Position numbers and translations under genes: made by a program
Shown: positions 8,977 through 19,176 of the stretch, piece by piece
Position numbering within the stretch: position 1 is the stretch's first letter
How the letters are laid out: every line of letters begins with the position of its first letter
Assembly (NCBI GenBank): GCA_947459075.1
Contig: CANHBJ010000001.1
Span: 1 to 61,054 of the forward strand
Direction: 5' to 3'
Origin: Bacteroidota bacterium
GTDB taxonomy: Bacteria > Bacteroidota > Bacteroidia > UKL13-3
DNA: 61,054 nucleotides
Notes under the pieces: model-generated
The model's database searches: none
What the model was told of the DNA's origin: nothing
Seen by the model: the letters and a program-made list of their open reading frames with translations, nothing else

Positions 8977-10893
8977 ATGAAACTTTCAATTCACGAAATA
9001 TTAAAACAATATTGGGGCTACGATAATTTCAGGCCATTACAGGAAGATATCATCAACTCTGCTTTGGCCGGAAACGATACACTGGCCTTATTGCCAACAG
9101 GTGGCGGAAAGTCTATTTGCTTTCAAGTGCCTGCAATGGCAAAAGATGGTTTGTGTTTGGTTATTAGTCCGCTTATTGCTTTAATGAAAGACCAAGTAGA
9201 ACAACTCCAAAAACGAGATATACCAGCAGCTGCATTATACAGTGGTATGAGTATGAGAGAACAGCTACTTACCATAGAGAATGCACAAAATGGAGCCTAC
9301 AAGTTTTTATACCTATCACCCGAAAGATTAAAAACACAAGCTTTTAGAGAACGATTGCCTTATTTAAATTGCACATTATTGGCCATTGATGAAGCACATT
9401 GTATTAGCCAATGGGGTTACGATTTTAGGCCTGAATATTTAATGATAGCTGAAGCCAGAGAATTGCTTAAAAATGTACCAGTGTTGGCATTAACTGCATC
9501 TGCAACAGAAAAAGTAATTGGTGATATTCAAGATAAACTTGGCTTTAAAAAACGTAATGTTTTTAACAAGAGTTTTACACGCAGCAACTTAAGTTATGTG
9601 GTGAACTACACCGAACAAAAATTAGAGCGCATGATACATATATTAAACCGAGTAAAAGGTAGTGGTTTAGTATATGTACGCAACCGCAGGCAAACACAAG
9701 AATTAGCTATGTATTTGCGAAAAAATAGAATATCTGCTGATTATTACCACGCTGGTTTACCGCATTTGATGCGTACAAAAAAACAAGAAGATTGGATTGA
9801 GAATCGAACAAGAATTATAGTATGTACCAATGCTTTTGGTATGGGAATTGATAAACCTGATGTGCGTGTAGTGGTTCATTATGAAATGCCAGAATCTTTA
9901 GAGAGTTATTACCAAGAAGCTGGTCGTGCGGGCAGAGATGGCAATAGAGCATATTGTGTGTTACTTCACCACGAAGGAGATGAACAAACGGCACAACATA
10001 AATTGGCGTTGTCATTTCCGCAAGAACAAGAAATTAAACGTGTTTATCAGGCATTATGTAATTATTACAGTTTGCCGGTAGGGGCTTTACTTGACAGAAG
10101 TTTTGATTTTGATTTAGCAGAGTTTGTACAACGTTTTAACTTAAATGCACAAGTAGTTTATCCTGCACTAAAATTATTACAACAATGTAATTTAATTGCA
10201 TTAAACGAATCGTTTTTTGAACCTTCTAAATTCAAGTTTACGGTTAATCATGCTGATTTGTATAAATTTCAGGTTGAAAATGAAAAGTATGATGAACTGA
10301 TTAAATTACTTTTGCGCAGCCACGGTGGTATGTTTGATAGTTATGTGCAAATTAACGAACAACAATTGGCCAAACGTATTGGTAAAGATGCGAAGTTTTT
10401 GGTACAGTTTTTATACCAACTTAACAAACTTGAATTAGCCGATTACCAACCACAAAAAGACAAACCTCAAATAACCTTTACCACCCAACGTATAGCAGCC
10501 GAATTAATTGATTTACGCGCAGCACTAATACACCAACGCAAAGAGGTTGCTCATGAAAAATTACAGGCAATTATAAACTATGCCAACAACAAGAACCGTT
10601 GCCGCAGTAAATTAATTGTTGAGTACTTTAATGAGTTTGGTTCTGAAGATTGTGGTGTATGTGACGTTTGTTTAAACAAACTAAAAGGAGATTTTAAAAC
10701 TACAGAAAGTGATGCCATTGAAGAAAAACTACAATTACTTTTACTACAAAAACCTTTACATGTTACAGATGCAGTAAAAGCCATTCCAGAATATCAACCA
10801 GAAAAAGTAACCACCATTATACGTTACTTGTTAGATAATGATAAATTGCGCTACAATAACGAACATCAATTGATTTGGAACAGCAGCAAATAA
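8977..10893 (+). CDS. recQ: RecQ-family ATP-dependent DNA helicase.
   Basis: Motifs LLPTGGGKS, DEAHCISQWGYDFRPEY and TNAFGMGIDKPDVR, plus a Cys cluster CRS...CGVCDVC. Confidence 0.85.
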   Translation: MKLSIHEILKQYWGYDNFRPLQEDIINSALAGNDTLALLPTGGGKSICFQVPAMAKDGLCLVISPLIALMKDQVEQLQKRDIPAAALYSGMSMREQLLTIENAQNGAYKFLYLSPERLKTQAFRERLPYLNCTLLAIDEAHCISQWGYDFRPEYLMIAEARELLKNVPVLALTASATEKVIGDIQDKLGFKKRNVFNKSFTRSNLSYVVNYTEQKLERMIHILNRVKGSGLVYVRNRRQTQELAMYLRKNRISADYYHAGLPHLMRTKKQEDWIENRTRIIVCTNAFGMGIDKPDVRVVVHYEMPESLESYYQEAGRAGRDGNRAYCVLLHHEGDEQTAQHKLALSFPQEQEIKRVYQALCNYYSLPVGALLDRSFDFDLAEFVQRFNLNAQVVYPALKLLQQCNLIALNESFFEPSKFKFTVNHADLYKFQVENEKYDELIKLLLRSHGGMFDSYVQINEQQLAKRIGKDAKFLVQFLYQLNKLELADYQPQKDKPQITFTTQRIAAELIDLRAALIHQRKEVAHEKLQAIINYANNKNRCRSKLIVEYFNEFGSEDCGVCDVCLNKLKGDFKTTESDAIEEKLQLLLLQKPLHVTDAVKAIPEYQPEKVTTIIRYLLDNDKLRYNNEHQLIWNSSK

Positions 10894-11969
10894 TATTTAC
10901 CGTAACCAACGATTTAACTACCGACCAAAGGATGCAGCGCATTTGTACTACATTGCAAAAAGCGGGTTATAAGGTAACTTTAGTTGGCAGGTTACGTCCA
11001 CATTCAATTGCATTACCTAATTTATTATTTAACCAACACCGCATTAAATGCAGGTTTGAGCACGGACCATTATTTTACCTCGAATACAATTTAAAACTTT
11101 TCATTTTTTTATTGTTCGCTAAATGTACCATCATTAGTGCTGTTGATGCAGATACCATTTTACCCTGCACTTTGGCTGCAAAAATGCGAGGCAAAAAATT
11201 AGTATTTGATGCCCACGAATATTTTACAGAAGTACCTGAATTATACAATCGAATTTTCATTAAAAACATTTGGCAAACAATGCTTAAAACGTGTATTCCT
11301 ATAATGGATTCCTGTTATACCGTTGGACCAAAACTTGCCGAAATTTTCACCAATTTGTATGGCAAAAAGTTTGATGTGATTTACAACATGCCCATCAAAA
11401 AAATGGCACAACAATCAGGTGATAAAAAGAATATTATCCTTTATCAAGGCGATTTAAATATTGGTCGTGGTATTGAACAAACCATATTGGCCATGCAAAA
11501 CATACAAGCCGAATTATGGATTGTTGGCGATGGTTTATTAAAAGAACAAATTGAAATACTGATTGCCAAAAACAACTTAAGTAACAAAGTAAAAATGTTA
11601 GGCAAAGTAACACCCGATAAATTACACGAAATTACCCAACAAGCCAAAATTGGTATCAACCTATTAAGCAACTCAAGTTTAAGTTACCGTTACAGCATAG
11701 CCAATAAATTTTTTGATTATGTGCAAGCCGGTATACCTGTTGTTTGTGCAAATTTTGAAGAATATCAAAACCTGAATAAACAATATGAAGTTGCGGTTTT
11801 ATGTGATGAAAACGTTGTTAACATACAAGCAGCCATTGAACATTTATTAACCGATGTTTTGTATTACCAAAATTTGGTTGATAATTGCAAACAAGCTGCC
11901 AACCAATGGCATTGGGAAACACAAGAAAAACTCCTCATATCAATATACAACAATGTAGTGCATGGTTAA
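10875..11969 (+). CDS. Glycosyltransferase (GT-B fold, GT4-like).
   Basis: 364 aa. The N-terminus IIFTVTNDLTTDQRMQRICTTL is typical of a Bacteroidota GT family as I remember it. A non-ATG start is likely and the gene overlaps the recQ end. Confidence 0.6.
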   Translation: MEQQQIIFTVTNDLTTDQRMQRICTTLQKAGYKVTLVGRLRPHSIALPNLLFNQHRIKCRFEHGPLFYLEYNLKLFIFLLFAKCTIISAVDADTILPCTLAAKMRGKKLVFDAHEYFTEVPELYNRIFIKNIWQTMLKTCIPIMDSCYTVGPKLAEIFTNLYGKKFDVIYNMPIKKMAQQSGDKKNIILYQGDLNIGRGIEQTILAMQNIQAELWIVGDGLLKEQIEILIAKNNLSNKVKMLGKVTPDKLHEITQQAKIGINLLSNSSLSYRYSIANKFFDYVQAGIPVVCANFEEYQNLNKQYEVAVLCDENVVNIQAAIEHLLTDVLYYQNLVDNCKQAANQWHWETQEKLLISIYNNVVHG

Positions 11970-13074
11970 ACAATTGCATGTAATTAGTTTCGACAATCCG
12001 TTTCCTCCAAATTATGGAGGAGTAATTGATGTGTATTACAAACTAAAAGCATTGTTTGAAGCTGGTGTTGAAATTAACCTGCACGTTTTTGAATATGGTC
12101 GCGAACGCTCTGCCGAATTATCTAAAATTTGTAAAACAGTAAACTACTATCCACGCAGAACTTTTGTAAATCCATTTGTAGGATCTTTGCCCTACATTGT
12201 TTCTACCCGAAATGATGCTACCCTACTACAAAACTTATTAAAAGATAAGGCACCTATTTTGTTTGAAGGTTTACACTCGTGTTTCTTTTTAAATGAACCG
12301 CTTTTAGCCAATAGGTTAAAAATAGTGCGCATGCATAACATTGAGCACGATTATTACCGTAAATTAGAAGAAGTAGAAAGTAACTTTTTTAAGAAATACT
12401 TCTTTGCCAAAGAAGCAGATAGGTTAACACGATTTGAAGAAATTTTAAACCATGCCAACCACATTTTAGCTATATCTCCAAACGATGTAACAGCACTTAA
12501 ATCGCGTTATAAAAATGTGAGTTTGTTACCCGCCTTTCATGCCAACCAAAACGTAACATCTAAAACAGGCAATGGAAAGTTTGTTTTTTATCATGGCAAT
12601 TTAAGTGTAGGCGAAAACGATGAAGCTGCACGCTTTTTGGTTAATCAGGTATTTAACGATTTAACTATTCGATTTATCATTGCCGGTAATAATCCATCAG
12701 CTGCACTAAAAAAAGCAGTAGAAAATTATCCGCATATACAACTGTTGCAACACGCCACCACGGCAGAAATTACGCAACTTACACAAGATGCACAGGTAAA
12801 TGTTTTACCTACATTTCAAAGTACTGGCATTAAACTAAAATTAATTAATGTGCTTTATCAGGGACGTTGGTGTGTGGTAAATAATTTAATGGTAGAAAAC
12901 ACCGGTTTAGCCAATTTATGCAGCGTTGCCAACACTGCGCAAAATATGAAGACGGAATTAAAAAGATTAATAGAATTACCTTTTGATGAAAATAATTTGT
13001 CAAACAGAAAGCAAGTATTAAAAACTGCTTTTTGTAACCAAACCAATGTAAAAATATTAATTGGGTTGATGTAA
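11962..13074 (+). CDS. Glycosyltransferase family 1-like.
   Basis: 370 aa with GT-B-like organisation. The start overlaps the upstream stop (ATGGTTAA). Confidence 0.55.
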   Translation: MVKQLHVISFDNPFPPNYGGVIDVYYKLKALFEAGVEINLHVFEYGRERSAELSKICKTVNYYPRRTFVNPFVGSLPYIVSTRNDATLLQNLLKDKAPILFEGLHSCFFLNEPLLANRLKIVRMHNIEHDYYRKLEEVESNFFKKYFFAKEADRLTRFEEILNHANHILAISPNDVTALKSRYKNVSLLPAFHANQNVTSKTGNGKFVFYHGNLSVGENDEAARFLVNQVFNDLTIRFIIAGNNPSAALKKAVENYPHIQLLQHATTAEITQLTQDAQVNVLPTFQSTGIKLKLINVLYQGRWCVVNNLMVENTGLANLCSVANTAQNMKTELKRLIELPFDENNLSNRKQVLKTAFCNQTNVKILIGLM

Positions 13075-13077
13075 ATA

Positions 13078-13935
13078 TTAATACGAATGAAACATCGTTC
13101 CTGCCATTAGCATGGCATGGTTAAAGTGTTTGGTGTCTAACCCTAAATCAATATTGTTTCGGTTAAAATAGTCTAGCATTTTTTCGGTTGGCATGTTTCC
13201 GGTTAAATTATCTGCTGCCATTGGGCAACCTCCAAAACCTTTTATGGCACCATCAAAACGGTTACATCCACTGCTGTAAGCTGCATGTACTTTTTCTTCC
13301 CAAGTTTCGGGTGTGGTGTGTAAGTGTGCGCCAAACTCAATGTGTTTAAATGCAGGAATTAAATGGCTAAACATATAGCTAATACTCTCGGGGTTGGCAA
13401 TGCCAATGGTATCACTTAAGGATAAAATTTTCACACCAATTTTGTCCATTTCGTTTACCCAATGCATGGCAATTTCTGCGTTCCAATCATCGCCATATGG
13501 GTTACCAAATCCCATAGAAATGTACACCACCAATGATTTGTTTTTTGATGTACACAATTCTTGCATTTGTTTAACGGTGTCTAACGATTGTGCTATGCTG
13601 CTGTTGGTATTACGTTGCTGAAACGTTTCGGAAATAGAAAACGGAAAACCAATGTAATGGATGGCATCATGAACCACGGCATCATTTGCACCACGCAAAT
13701 TTGCCACAATGGCCAAAAGTTTTGATTGGGTTTCGCTTAAATTTAAACCTGCTAAAACTTCGGCTGTATCTCGCAATTGAGGTATGGCTTTTGGCGAAAC
13801 AAAACTTCCAAAGTCAATGGTATCAAACCCAACTTTTAAAAGTGCATTGATGTAATCAATTTTGGTTTGGGTAGGTATAAAGTCATGGATCCCTTGCATG
13901 GCATCACGCGGACATTCAATAATTTTTACCGGCAT
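13078..13935 (-). CDS. Hydroxymethylglutaryl-CoA lyase.
   Basis: Starts MPVKIIECPRDAMQG (the start is set at this Met) and contains GGCPMA. TIM-barrel HMGL-like family. Confidence 0.85.
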   Translation of the reverse strand: MPVKIIECPRDAMQGIHDFIPTQTKIDYINALLKVGFDTIDFGSFVSPKAIPQLRDTAEVLAGLNLSETQSKLLAIVANLRGANDAVVHDAIHYIGFPFSISETFQQRNTNSSIAQSLDTVKQMQELCTSKNKSLVVYISMGFGNPYGDDWNAEIAMHWVNEMDKIGVKILSLSDTIGIANPESISYMFSHLIPAFKHIEFGAHLHTTPETWEEKVHAAYSSGCNRFDGAIKGFGGCPMAADNLTGNMPTEKMLDYFNRNNIDLGLDTKHFNHAMLMAGTMFHSY

Positions 13936-14160
13936 ATCATTATGTTGATTCAACAAAATTACATCATTCTAAATCAATAGCTAAATTTTAAGATTCAAAA
14001 GTCAATTGTAAACAATTTAGTTAAACAACTTATGCATAAACCCAAAGTTAAATGCACTAAAAAACAAGCATTTGCAAAAACTTACAGCGTAATGTTAACT
14101 ATTTGTAGCGTAGTAGGTTTACTGTATTAGTAAATGGTAAAGAATTTAAAGTAATTTATT

Positions 14161-14168
14161 TACCTTTG
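14161..14168 (+). promoter_or_regulatory. TAnnTTTG -7 box upstream of the DUF349 gene.
   Basis: TACCTTTG lies 22 nt upstream of the ATG at 14190. Confidence 0.45.
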
Positions 14169-14189
14169 ACGTCCCTTTAAATTAAGGCA

Positions 14190-16103
14190 ATGACAGAAGA
14201 AATGAACAACTTGGAAACAACCAATTTGGTTGAAACTACCCCGACCACGCCAACAGTGCAGCCATCTGAGGCGGAAATGAATGCATTGGCTGCTGAAAAC
14301 GTTGAAACAGCAGACGTAACTCATGGCGACAAAGATTTAGAAGCTGTAGCAGAAATGCAGGCCGAAGAACAAAACTATGCACAATTAACCAAACAAGAAT
14401 TGGTTGAATTGGCGCAAAACATTGTTAAGGAAAAAGACTTAACTGAAGCTTCACACATTTTTAAAGTGATTAAGCCCATTTTTGAACTATTACTTGCAGA
14501 CGAACGCACATTGGCACTAAATGCTTTTGTGGAAGCAGGTGGAAACAAAGATGATTTTAGTTACAAGAGCGATGGAACACGCGAAACGTTTTACCATGCA
14601 TACAAAGAATTAAAAGACAAGCGTGCAGCAGAACTTGCAAAACAAGAAGCTGAGCGCCAAAGCAACTTAGGTAAAAAAGAAAATTTACTTAAAGAGATAC
14701 AAAAATTACTTGACGAGGAAGAAACACCTGAAAGTTTTAAACGCTTAAAAGATTTACAAAGCGAATGGAAACAGGTGAAAAACGTTCCTAAAGAACATAT
14801 TGAACGTTTATGGGAAAGCTACCGTTTATTACTTGATAAATACTACGACAGACTTTCTATAAACAATGAGTTAAAAGAACTTGACCGTAGAAAAAACTTA
14901 GATCAAAAAATTGACCTAACTAAACGTGTTACTGAATTAGCACTTGAAACCAACATCAACAAAGCATTAATTATGTTGAAAAAGTTTCAGGAAGAATGGC
15001 GCACCATAGGACCTGTGCCAAAAGAAAGTAACGAAGACATTTGGAATAGATTTAAAACCGAGTGCGATAAAATATTTGAAATGATAAAGGCTTTACAAGC
15101 CGATCGTGAACGCAAACGTGAAGATAATTTAGTGGCTAAAAAAGAATTGTTAGCTAAAGCACTTCAGTTTTCGAACTTTAACAGCACACGTATAAAAGAG
15201 TGGATGGAAAACACCACTATTGTTAACCAATTAATGGATGATTGGCGCAAAATTGGTCAGGTGCCATTAAAAGTTAGCGATGAAATTTGGAATGAGTTTA
15301 GAGGTGCACGTAACCAATTTTTTAGCAACAAAAATGTGTTCTTTAAAACCTTACAGGCAGAGCGTGATACCAACTTAAAAGTAAAGAACGAACTTTGCGA
15401 GAAAGCTGAAGCCATTGCAGCAATGCCATTGGATTGGAATAAACAAACCGATGAACTAAAACGCATGCAAGAGCAATGGAAGAAAAGTGGCCCTGTGCCC
15501 GAAAAAATTTCTGATGTAATTTGGAAGCGTTTTAGGACAGCATGCGATAGTTTCTTCGAGAAAAAAGCACAACACTATGCTTCGCAAATTGAAGAGCAAA
15601 AACAAAATTTAGAAACTAAGAAAGAACTAGTTGGTAAATTAGAGGAATTACTAACCCGTGAAGAAGGTGCAAATATTTTAGCCGATTTAAAAGCGGTTCA
15701 AGATAGCTGGAATAATACTGGATTTGTGCCAATGGGCGAAAAAGAACGCATCAACAAACAATACCAAGAGTTAAACGATAAGGTGTTTAATAAGTTCCGC
15801 CAAGCCAACCAAGAGCTAAGAGACATGAAAGAAAAAGGTCACTTAGAAGCTATGGTAAATGCACCAAACGGAGCACAGAAAATTAAACGTGAAGAGAAAT
15901 TTGTACTTGATAAAATTAGAGGTTTACGCAGCGATATTGATACTTGGGAAAACAACTTAGGTTTCTTTGCTAAAGCCAGCAATGATAATCCAATGGTTGT
16001 TCAAATTACTGATAAAATAAAAGGTGCACAACGCCAAATCCAACAATTAGAAGATAAGCTTAAAACCATTCGTGAGTTTTTAAAACAAAACCCACAAAAC
16101 TAA
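14190..16103 (+). CDS. DUF349 repeat protein.
   Basis: 637 aa with repeated W..IGPVP...D.IW.RF...CD.FF modules. Confidence 0.8.
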   Translation: MTEEMNNLETTNLVETTPTTPTVQPSEAEMNALAAENVETADVTHGDKDLEAVAEMQAEEQNYAQLTKQELVELAQNIVKEKDLTEASHIFKVIKPIFELLLADERTLALNAFVEAGGNKDDFSYKSDGTRETFYHAYKELKDKRAAELAKQEAERQSNLGKKENLLKEIQKLLDEEETPESFKRLKDLQSEWKQVKNVPKEHIERLWESYRLLLDKYYDRLSINNELKELDRRKNLDQKIDLTKRVTELALETNINKALIMLKKFQEEWRTIGPVPKESNEDIWNRFKTECDKIFEMIKALQADRERKREDNLVAKKELLAKALQFSNFNSTRIKEWMENTTIVNQLMDDWRKIGQVPLKVSDEIWNEFRGARNQFFSNKNVFFKTLQAERDTNLKVKNELCEKAEAIAAMPLDWNKQTDELKRMQEQWKKSGPVPEKISDVIWKRFRTACDSFFEKKAQHYASQIEEQKQNLETKKELVGKLEELLTREEGANILADLKAVQDSWNNTGFVPMGEKERINKQYQELNDKVFNKFRQANQELRDMKEKGHLEAMVNAPNGAQKIKREEKFVLDKIRGLRSDIDTWENNLGFFAKASNDNPMVVQITDKIKGAQRQIQQLEDKLKTIREFLKQNPQN

Positions 16104-16901
16104 TTGACGGTGAACTGGCATTTTATTGCAAACTTTATTAAACATTACTGGAGTGCAACACGTATTGATGTGTTGCACTCTCCTTTTGTATTCGACCTAT
16201 ATAACAGTTGTATAGCACGCCAAAAAACTGCAATAGAGCTTTTACCGATTGAATCGATCAGAAAATCAGCCCAACAAAACCAAACCCAAATTACCCAACA
16301 AGATTTTGGTGCTTTGGGTAGCCTAAATAAACAACGTACCAAAAGCATTGCCTACTTTGCTAAAACGCATGCAAAACCAACCCGTTTAGCACACATTATT
16401 TATCGTATGGTTACCAAATACGATTATCTAAATTGTGTGGAATTGGGTACATCATTGGGTTTTACCAGCATGTGTATTGCAAAAGGATTGCCCAACAATG
16501 CAAAGCTAATTACCATTGAAGGTGCTAATGAAATTGCCCAAGCTGCTCAACAACATTTTACACAACTAAATCTAACTGATAAAATTGATTTGCGTGTAGG
16601 TAATTTTAACAATTTACTGCCTGCTGTATTAAATGAATTAACTCAGGTTGATTTAGCATTTATAGATGGAAATCATACCTACGAAGCCACCATCAATTAC
16701 TTCAATTTATTGCTACAAAAAACACACAACAACAGTGTACTCATTTTTGATGACATATACTGGAGCAAAGGAATGACGAAAGCCTGGGAAGAAATTAAAC
16801 ATCACCCCAAAGTAACCGTAACTGTCGATTTGTTTTACATTGGTTTGGTATATTTCAGAACCCAGCAAGCAGAAGAGCATTTTAAATTGCGGGTGTTGTA
16901 G
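16104..16901 (+). CDS. Class I SAM-dependent O-methyltransferase.
   Basis: Motif I-like VELGTSLGFTS and AFIDGNH. The TTG start directly abuts the upstream stop. Confidence 0.65.
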   Translation: MTVNWHFIANFIKHYWSATRIDVLHSPFVFDLYNSCIARQKTAIELLPIESIRKSAQQNQTQITQQDFGALGSLNKQRTKSIAYFAKTHAKPTRLAHIIYRMVTKYDYLNCVELGTSLGFTSMCIAKGLPNNAKLITIEGANEIAQAAQQHFTQLNLTDKIDLRVGNFNNLLPAVLNELTQVDLAFIDGNHTYEATINYFNLLLQKTHNNSVLIFDDIYWSKGMTKAWEEIKHHPKVTVTVDLFYIGLVYFRTQQAEEHFKLRVL

Positions 16902-17141
16902 GTAATTTTTCACAGAAAACACAGAAACCGTCAGACGCAAAACGCGTAAGCAAGGTTGGGGATTTTTTATCACAGAAAACAAGTAAGGCTAAGAAATATA
17001 AATCGTAATAGCCAATTCGATAAAGGTTACAACATCAAGCAGAATATATTTTGCTATTATATTTTGATAAATCCAATACACTCCAAAACCACCACATTAT
17101 ATATAATTTAGCTTTTGTATATTGCAGTATAATTTACTTGC

Positions 17142-18995
17142 ATGAAAAAAGCGATTTTAACTACCGTTGCGTTGTTTAGCTTAGTTGCAACCAACGCACA
17201 AGAACATACATATAAAACCACTAATCATAACTCTGCACCTGCTGTTGTAGTTAATATGAGTGATGATGTAGCAGACTATGATCCCAAATTGGTATTGATA
17301 AAAAGCGCTGCGCCTGCTCCTTTATCATCAACCAAATACCAAAAATTGTTGTTAGATGAACAGCGCAAATCGTTTATACCAACATCAAACAAAAACTTGT
17401 ACAAAGCCACAGCGCCAGCACCTACTATGTTAAGAGGTTTTATTGGTAATAGTACAAACGGCACACCAAACGATAATGATGTTTGTATTGGAAACAACGG
17501 TATTATTATAAGCGTAGTAAATACCAATTTTATGATGTTCAATGATACGGGCAGATTTTTATTGAGTAAATCGTTATCAAACTTTGGTAAAGCTTTAGGT
17601 ACCTTAAACAGAACTTATGATCCGCGTGCAATTTATGATCCAGTTGCAGATAGATTTATTGTTGTATTTTTACAAGGAACAACATCGGCAGATACGAGAA
17701 TTATAACAGGTTTTAGTAAAACCAACGACCCCACAAAAGAATGGAATTTTTATGCCATACCCGGTAATACATTTGGCGATAGCTCGTGGAGCGATTACCC
17801 AATTATATCTTTATCAAATAACGAACTTTTTATAACTGTAAATCGTTTGCGTGATAACTCATCGTGGCAAGAAGGTTTTATTGAATCGTTAATATGGCAA
17901 GTGAATAAAAATGATGGTTACAATGGCGACAGTTTACGTAAAAAATTATACTACGATATTAAATACAACGATAAACCAATATGGAGTATTTGCCCTGTTA
18001 AAGGTAGCAACGAATTTTATGGACCTGGTCATTATTTTGTATCGGTTAGACCAAGTGCATTACAAAACGACACAGTATTTTTACATGAAATTACCGATAA
18101 CTTAAACGGCAATCCTACGCTTACACTTAAAGTGTTAAAAACCGATGTAGCTTATGGTTTGCAACCAAATGCACCGCAACCAAGTGGCCAATATTTACAA
18201 ACCAATGATGCCCGCGTTTTAAGTGCTACACAACATGGTGGTATTATTCATTATGTTGGCAACACCATCAACCCTAACCTATTTGCGCCATCTGTTTATT
18301 ATGGTAAAATTGATTTACAAGATAAAGCAAACCCTATTTTAAAAGGTAAAATTATAAGCTACGACAGCATGGATATAGCCTACCCAAGTATTGCATATGC
18401 AGGAGGTGGATTTGGCGGTGACCAAAGTATGATGATTACCTTTTCGCATGTATCTCGCACAAAGTTCCCTGGTAATAGTGTGGTGTATGCCAATTGGAAT
18501 GGAGAATTTTCTGCTCCCGTTCATTTACGCAAAGGCGATGGAAGCATTGATCGATTACTTGATACTATTGAACGTTGGGGTGATTACACCGGTATTCAAC
18601 CAATATACAACAAGCTTGGAGAGTGCATTATTACCAACTCCTATGGAGTTTCATCAGGCGGACATAACACATGGGTATCTCGCATAAAAAGTAATGATGT
18701 AAGATTAGGTGTGAAACAAAACACTAAAGAAACTGCTCAACAAGTTTCAATATATCCTGTGCCAAGTAAAGATTATGCGCAAATAGAATTTGAGTTAAAC
18801 CAAAGCATGATTTTAACTTTTAGTTTAGTTGATGTGCAAGGAAAATCGACCATTGAATTATTAAGAGATAAAGGTAAGCCGGGAATAAATAAATTTACTT
18901 TTAGTACCAGCGATTTACCATATGGAGTATACATTTTAAATGTAAACAATAATGAGAAAAACATCATCAGTAAACGTATTGTGGTTACTCATTAG
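17142..18995 (+). CDS. Secreted protein with a T9SS C-terminal sorting domain.
   Basis: Signal peptide MKKAILTTVALFSLVATNAQ. C-terminal domain VSIYPVPSKDYAQIEF...GVYILNVNNN...RIVVTH. Confidence 0.75.
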   Translation: MKKAILTTVALFSLVATNAQEHTYKTTNHNSAPAVVVNMSDDVADYDPKLVLIKSAAPAPLSSTKYQKLLLDEQRKSFIPTSNKNLYKATAPAPTMLRGFIGNSTNGTPNDNDVCIGNNGIIISVVNTNFMMFNDTGRFLLSKSLSNFGKALGTLNRTYDPRAIYDPVADRFIVVFLQGTTSADTRIITGFSKTNDPTKEWNFYAIPGNTFGDSSWSDYPIISLSNNELFITVNRLRDNSSWQEGFIESLIWQVNKNDGYNGDSLRKKLYYDIKYNDKPIWSICPVKGSNEFYGPGHYFVSVRPSALQNDTVFLHEITDNLNGNPTLTLKVLKTDVAYGLQPNAPQPSGQYLQTNDARVLSATQHGGIIHYVGNTINPNLFAPSVYYGKIDLQDKANPILKGKIISYDSMDIAYPSIAYAGGGFGGDQSMMITFSHVSRTKFPGNSVVYANWNGEFSAPVHLRKGDGSIDRLLDTIERWGDYTGIQPIYNKLGECIITNSYGVSSGGHNTWVSRIKSNDVRLGVKQNTKETAQQVSIYPVPSKDYAQIEFELNQSMILTFSLVDVQGKSTIELLRDKGKPGINKFTFSTSDLPYGVYILNVNNNEKNIISKRIVVTH

Positions 18996-19158
18996 TTTTG
19001 TTTTGATTGGTGTAATAGGTTGTAAATCGAGCACCAATAAAAGCAAGAATTTGCAGCAAATACAACAAGAAATGCCTAAACCTATTACCGATAATCAAAT
19101 AGACTCATTAAAAAGAATTCAACAATTAAAACGCGATAGCATACAGAGGAACCGATAA
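18952..19158 (+). CDS. Small putative lipoprotein that overlaps the 3' end of the upstream T9SS cargo gene.
   Basis: 68 aa with a signal peptide and lipobox (LLISFVLIGVIGC). A terminator follows immediately. Confidence 0.5.
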   Translation: MRKTSSVNVLWLLISFVLIGVIGCKSSTNKSKNLQQIQQEMPKPITDNQIDSLKRIQQLKRDSIQRNR

Positions 19159-19176
19159 GGTTCCTTTGTTTTTTAC
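19147..19176 (+). terminator. Rho-independent terminator.
   Basis: Stem aggaacc (19147-19153) pairs with ggttcct (19159-19165), followed by ttgtttttt. Confidence 0.75.

Noticed and set aside
16713-16982. An 89-aa minus-strand ORF.
   Set aside because: It is antisense to the methyltransferase 3' end and extends through the CACAGAAAAC repeats. This is the typical spurious SVFSV-type translation.
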